From the NCBI GenBank assembly GCA_965287045.1, contig OZ336889.1, forward strand, positions 32,426,001 through 32,490,000: a stretch of 64,000 bases of DNA. The letters run 5' to 3'. The stretch's first letter is position 1, and every line of letters begins with the position of its first letter. This stretch comes from Carcharhinus amblyrhynchos. Taxonomy: Eukaryota. Below, piece by piece: positions 62,046 through 64,000 of this stretch. The translations under genes and the position numbers were made by a program. Below the pieces are notes generated by a model. That model made no database searches and had not been told where the DNA came from. It was given only the letters and a program-made list of their open reading frames with translations.

Positions 62046-64000
62046 GAGGTGGTGTAAATGTTAAAGACTGCAGGAAAGGTCTTGGAGTTCATTCAGTTTG
62101 AACTGCTTCAATTTTACATCTTGAGAGAGGCACTGATGATGTGGCTGAACGCTGTCCTATGAATATTGACACATTGGAGTGCCTCCCAAAATGAGCAAGA
62201 ATGTCAAAACCTTCCCAAAATTCTATGGTAAACAGAATTGCTATTTGTGCTCATGTACCTTTGTAAAATATTTTTATGCATGTGTTGCATACCACATATG
62301 AAAGAATGATCTTGTAATCAGGACATCTATACCGGCTCTAATAATATCTTGAAGCAGGGCACGAGCAAAGAGGTTCAGCCAAAGATAACATTGACTGCTG
62401 ATTTCCCCTCCTTACTGGCGGTTGGCCCTCTCACCCACTTGCTATAGGACCCATCAACTCAGCTGGGAATGAGATTGAGATTTGGGTTTGCTGTCCTTAA
62501 CACAATGCACCATTCAGACAGCTCTCGCGCTGTTTCCCAACAATGTGAGCTTTGCTCTTCCTGATCGTATACCATTTGATTCTTTTATTCAGACTGCAGT
62601 ACCATTTATGACAAGGTGAAAATATTCTTGGCTTGTCACATCAATGCCACATTTTGAACTTCCAAACTTAGAGGGCACTGTGTTAATTAGAAATGGTTAG
62701 CCTGAAGGGCTTTGTATAATATTTGCTATTTTTGTAAATAGGGCACAAGTGGAATAATTGTTTAGATAATAAACCTAATTTTAGATAGTAAGGTGCCACA
62801 CCCATTTTTCAGGCACAAAAATGGACACTTAAGCAATTAAGTACCTGATGTGTGTCACCTGCCATATTGGTAAAGGCACAAAAAGAGGGGCTCATCTTCT
62901 GTGCCTGAAAGAAAAGGTTATAGGCCCACTGTACACTCAAGCAGTGGGTTTCTTGCTCTCTTGAGGCTCCCTTGGTAAAACTGAAAGCAGCTATACCAGG
63001 TCAGCTGTATCCATGAAAATATGATCTCCAAACAGCCTAACCAATGTTCCGCTAAGTGATCACAGGAGGTCTCCATGAAGAAGGTAAGCTTAAAAAAGTC
63101 ACCTAAATGTTGAGTCAAGAGTTGGAGGAGACATAATCCTCCTGGTGGCATTACTGTGCTTAGTCTCTCTTGATTGATGCCTGCCTCCCCTCTCCTAACC
63201 AGTGTCCTCCTCATTACTGATCATTGACCCCTCCATCTCCCAATCAGTTCCATCTTCCTGGCAGTGTCCACCACTCTCCCATGATCTATCTGAGGGCAGC
63301 TTTGTTGAGGCATTGAAATACTCTTCATTAGCGAGCTACTAGTGGAGACTCAGCTGGTGTCTGCAACTCGCTGGTCTCCTGAGGTTGGAGAACCAATATC
63401 ATGTGGGCTCACGTCCATACTTTCTGGTGCAATGATGGTCACCGTTGCCTAATTTGCCTTGGGCTGCTAGTGCGAACCAATTTACAAGCGTATCCTACCT
63501 TTACAAAGTACTTTACATGAAACTAGTGGCTTTTTCATGTTAAAATTTAGTTTAAAAAATGTCACAAGCCACTTTGTCAATCAACAGGTGTTACAGCATT
63601 GAATTCACAAAAATAATATTTTAAAAAGTAACACAAATGCCACCATTATGTAGTTATTGATATAGTGTCATTTGCACATTCTCTCTTTGAAGGCTCCTGA
63701 TGTGGTTATGAAGCACGTTGGTGATTTGAAACTATTTGGAGATGTAGTTTACTCTTACAGAGGTATCATATTTAGCTGGTGTTGAAGTAAGCCTCAGCTT
63801 CCACACACAAAAATGACAATGCAAACTGGGTGCAGCACAAATAATAATGTCCTGTGCAAACATGAACCATTAGCATGTAAAGTAAAATACGAATATAAAC
63901 AGTGCATCTTTTATTGGCCTTATTATTCCTCTAACTGTTGATGCACCCAGTGTGCTGTTAAGACATTGACAGCACGTTTTTAGCCTGCCATGTTTTTGGG

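Noticed and set aside
62900-63480. Possible Harbinger Myb/SANT-like partner gene remnant
   Set aside because: Similarity is too faint to support by eye and would need BLASTX.
1-64000. Most ORFs of 60-160 aa in the six-frame track
   Set aside because: No recognisable domains. Many begin at non-ATG codons and are expected by chance. Only the lhx5 exons and CR1 fragments are supported.

Overview
Vertebrate genomic DNA, very probably a shark or other chondrichthyan, judged from its HE1-like SINEs, CR1/HER1-type LINE tails and Penelope-derived palindromic repeats. One protein-coding gene is well supported: the LIM-homeobox gene lhx5 on the minus strand. Its 5 coding exons are join(22704-22535, 20733-20510, 19769-19492, 18792-18627, 15840-15455), 1224 nt, 407 aa, all introns GT-AG. 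The gene lies in a roughly 33 kb CpG-retaining, transposon-poor domain (about 6.8-40.3 kb) with candidate enhancers and an orphan CpG island. The flanks are CpG-poor and repeat-rich, with a PIF/Harbinger transposase fossil and MITEs, SINEs, CR1 and L2 fragments, and short Penelope-like repeats carrying decayed hammerhead-ribozyme cores. I found no CRISPR array, rRNA, genuine tRNA gene or clearly novel gene system. The best leads are regulatory: upstream ORFs, a G-rich/C-rich 3'UTR, the CpG island and CNE-like blocks. Family assignments rest on recalled consensus sequences, not database searches.
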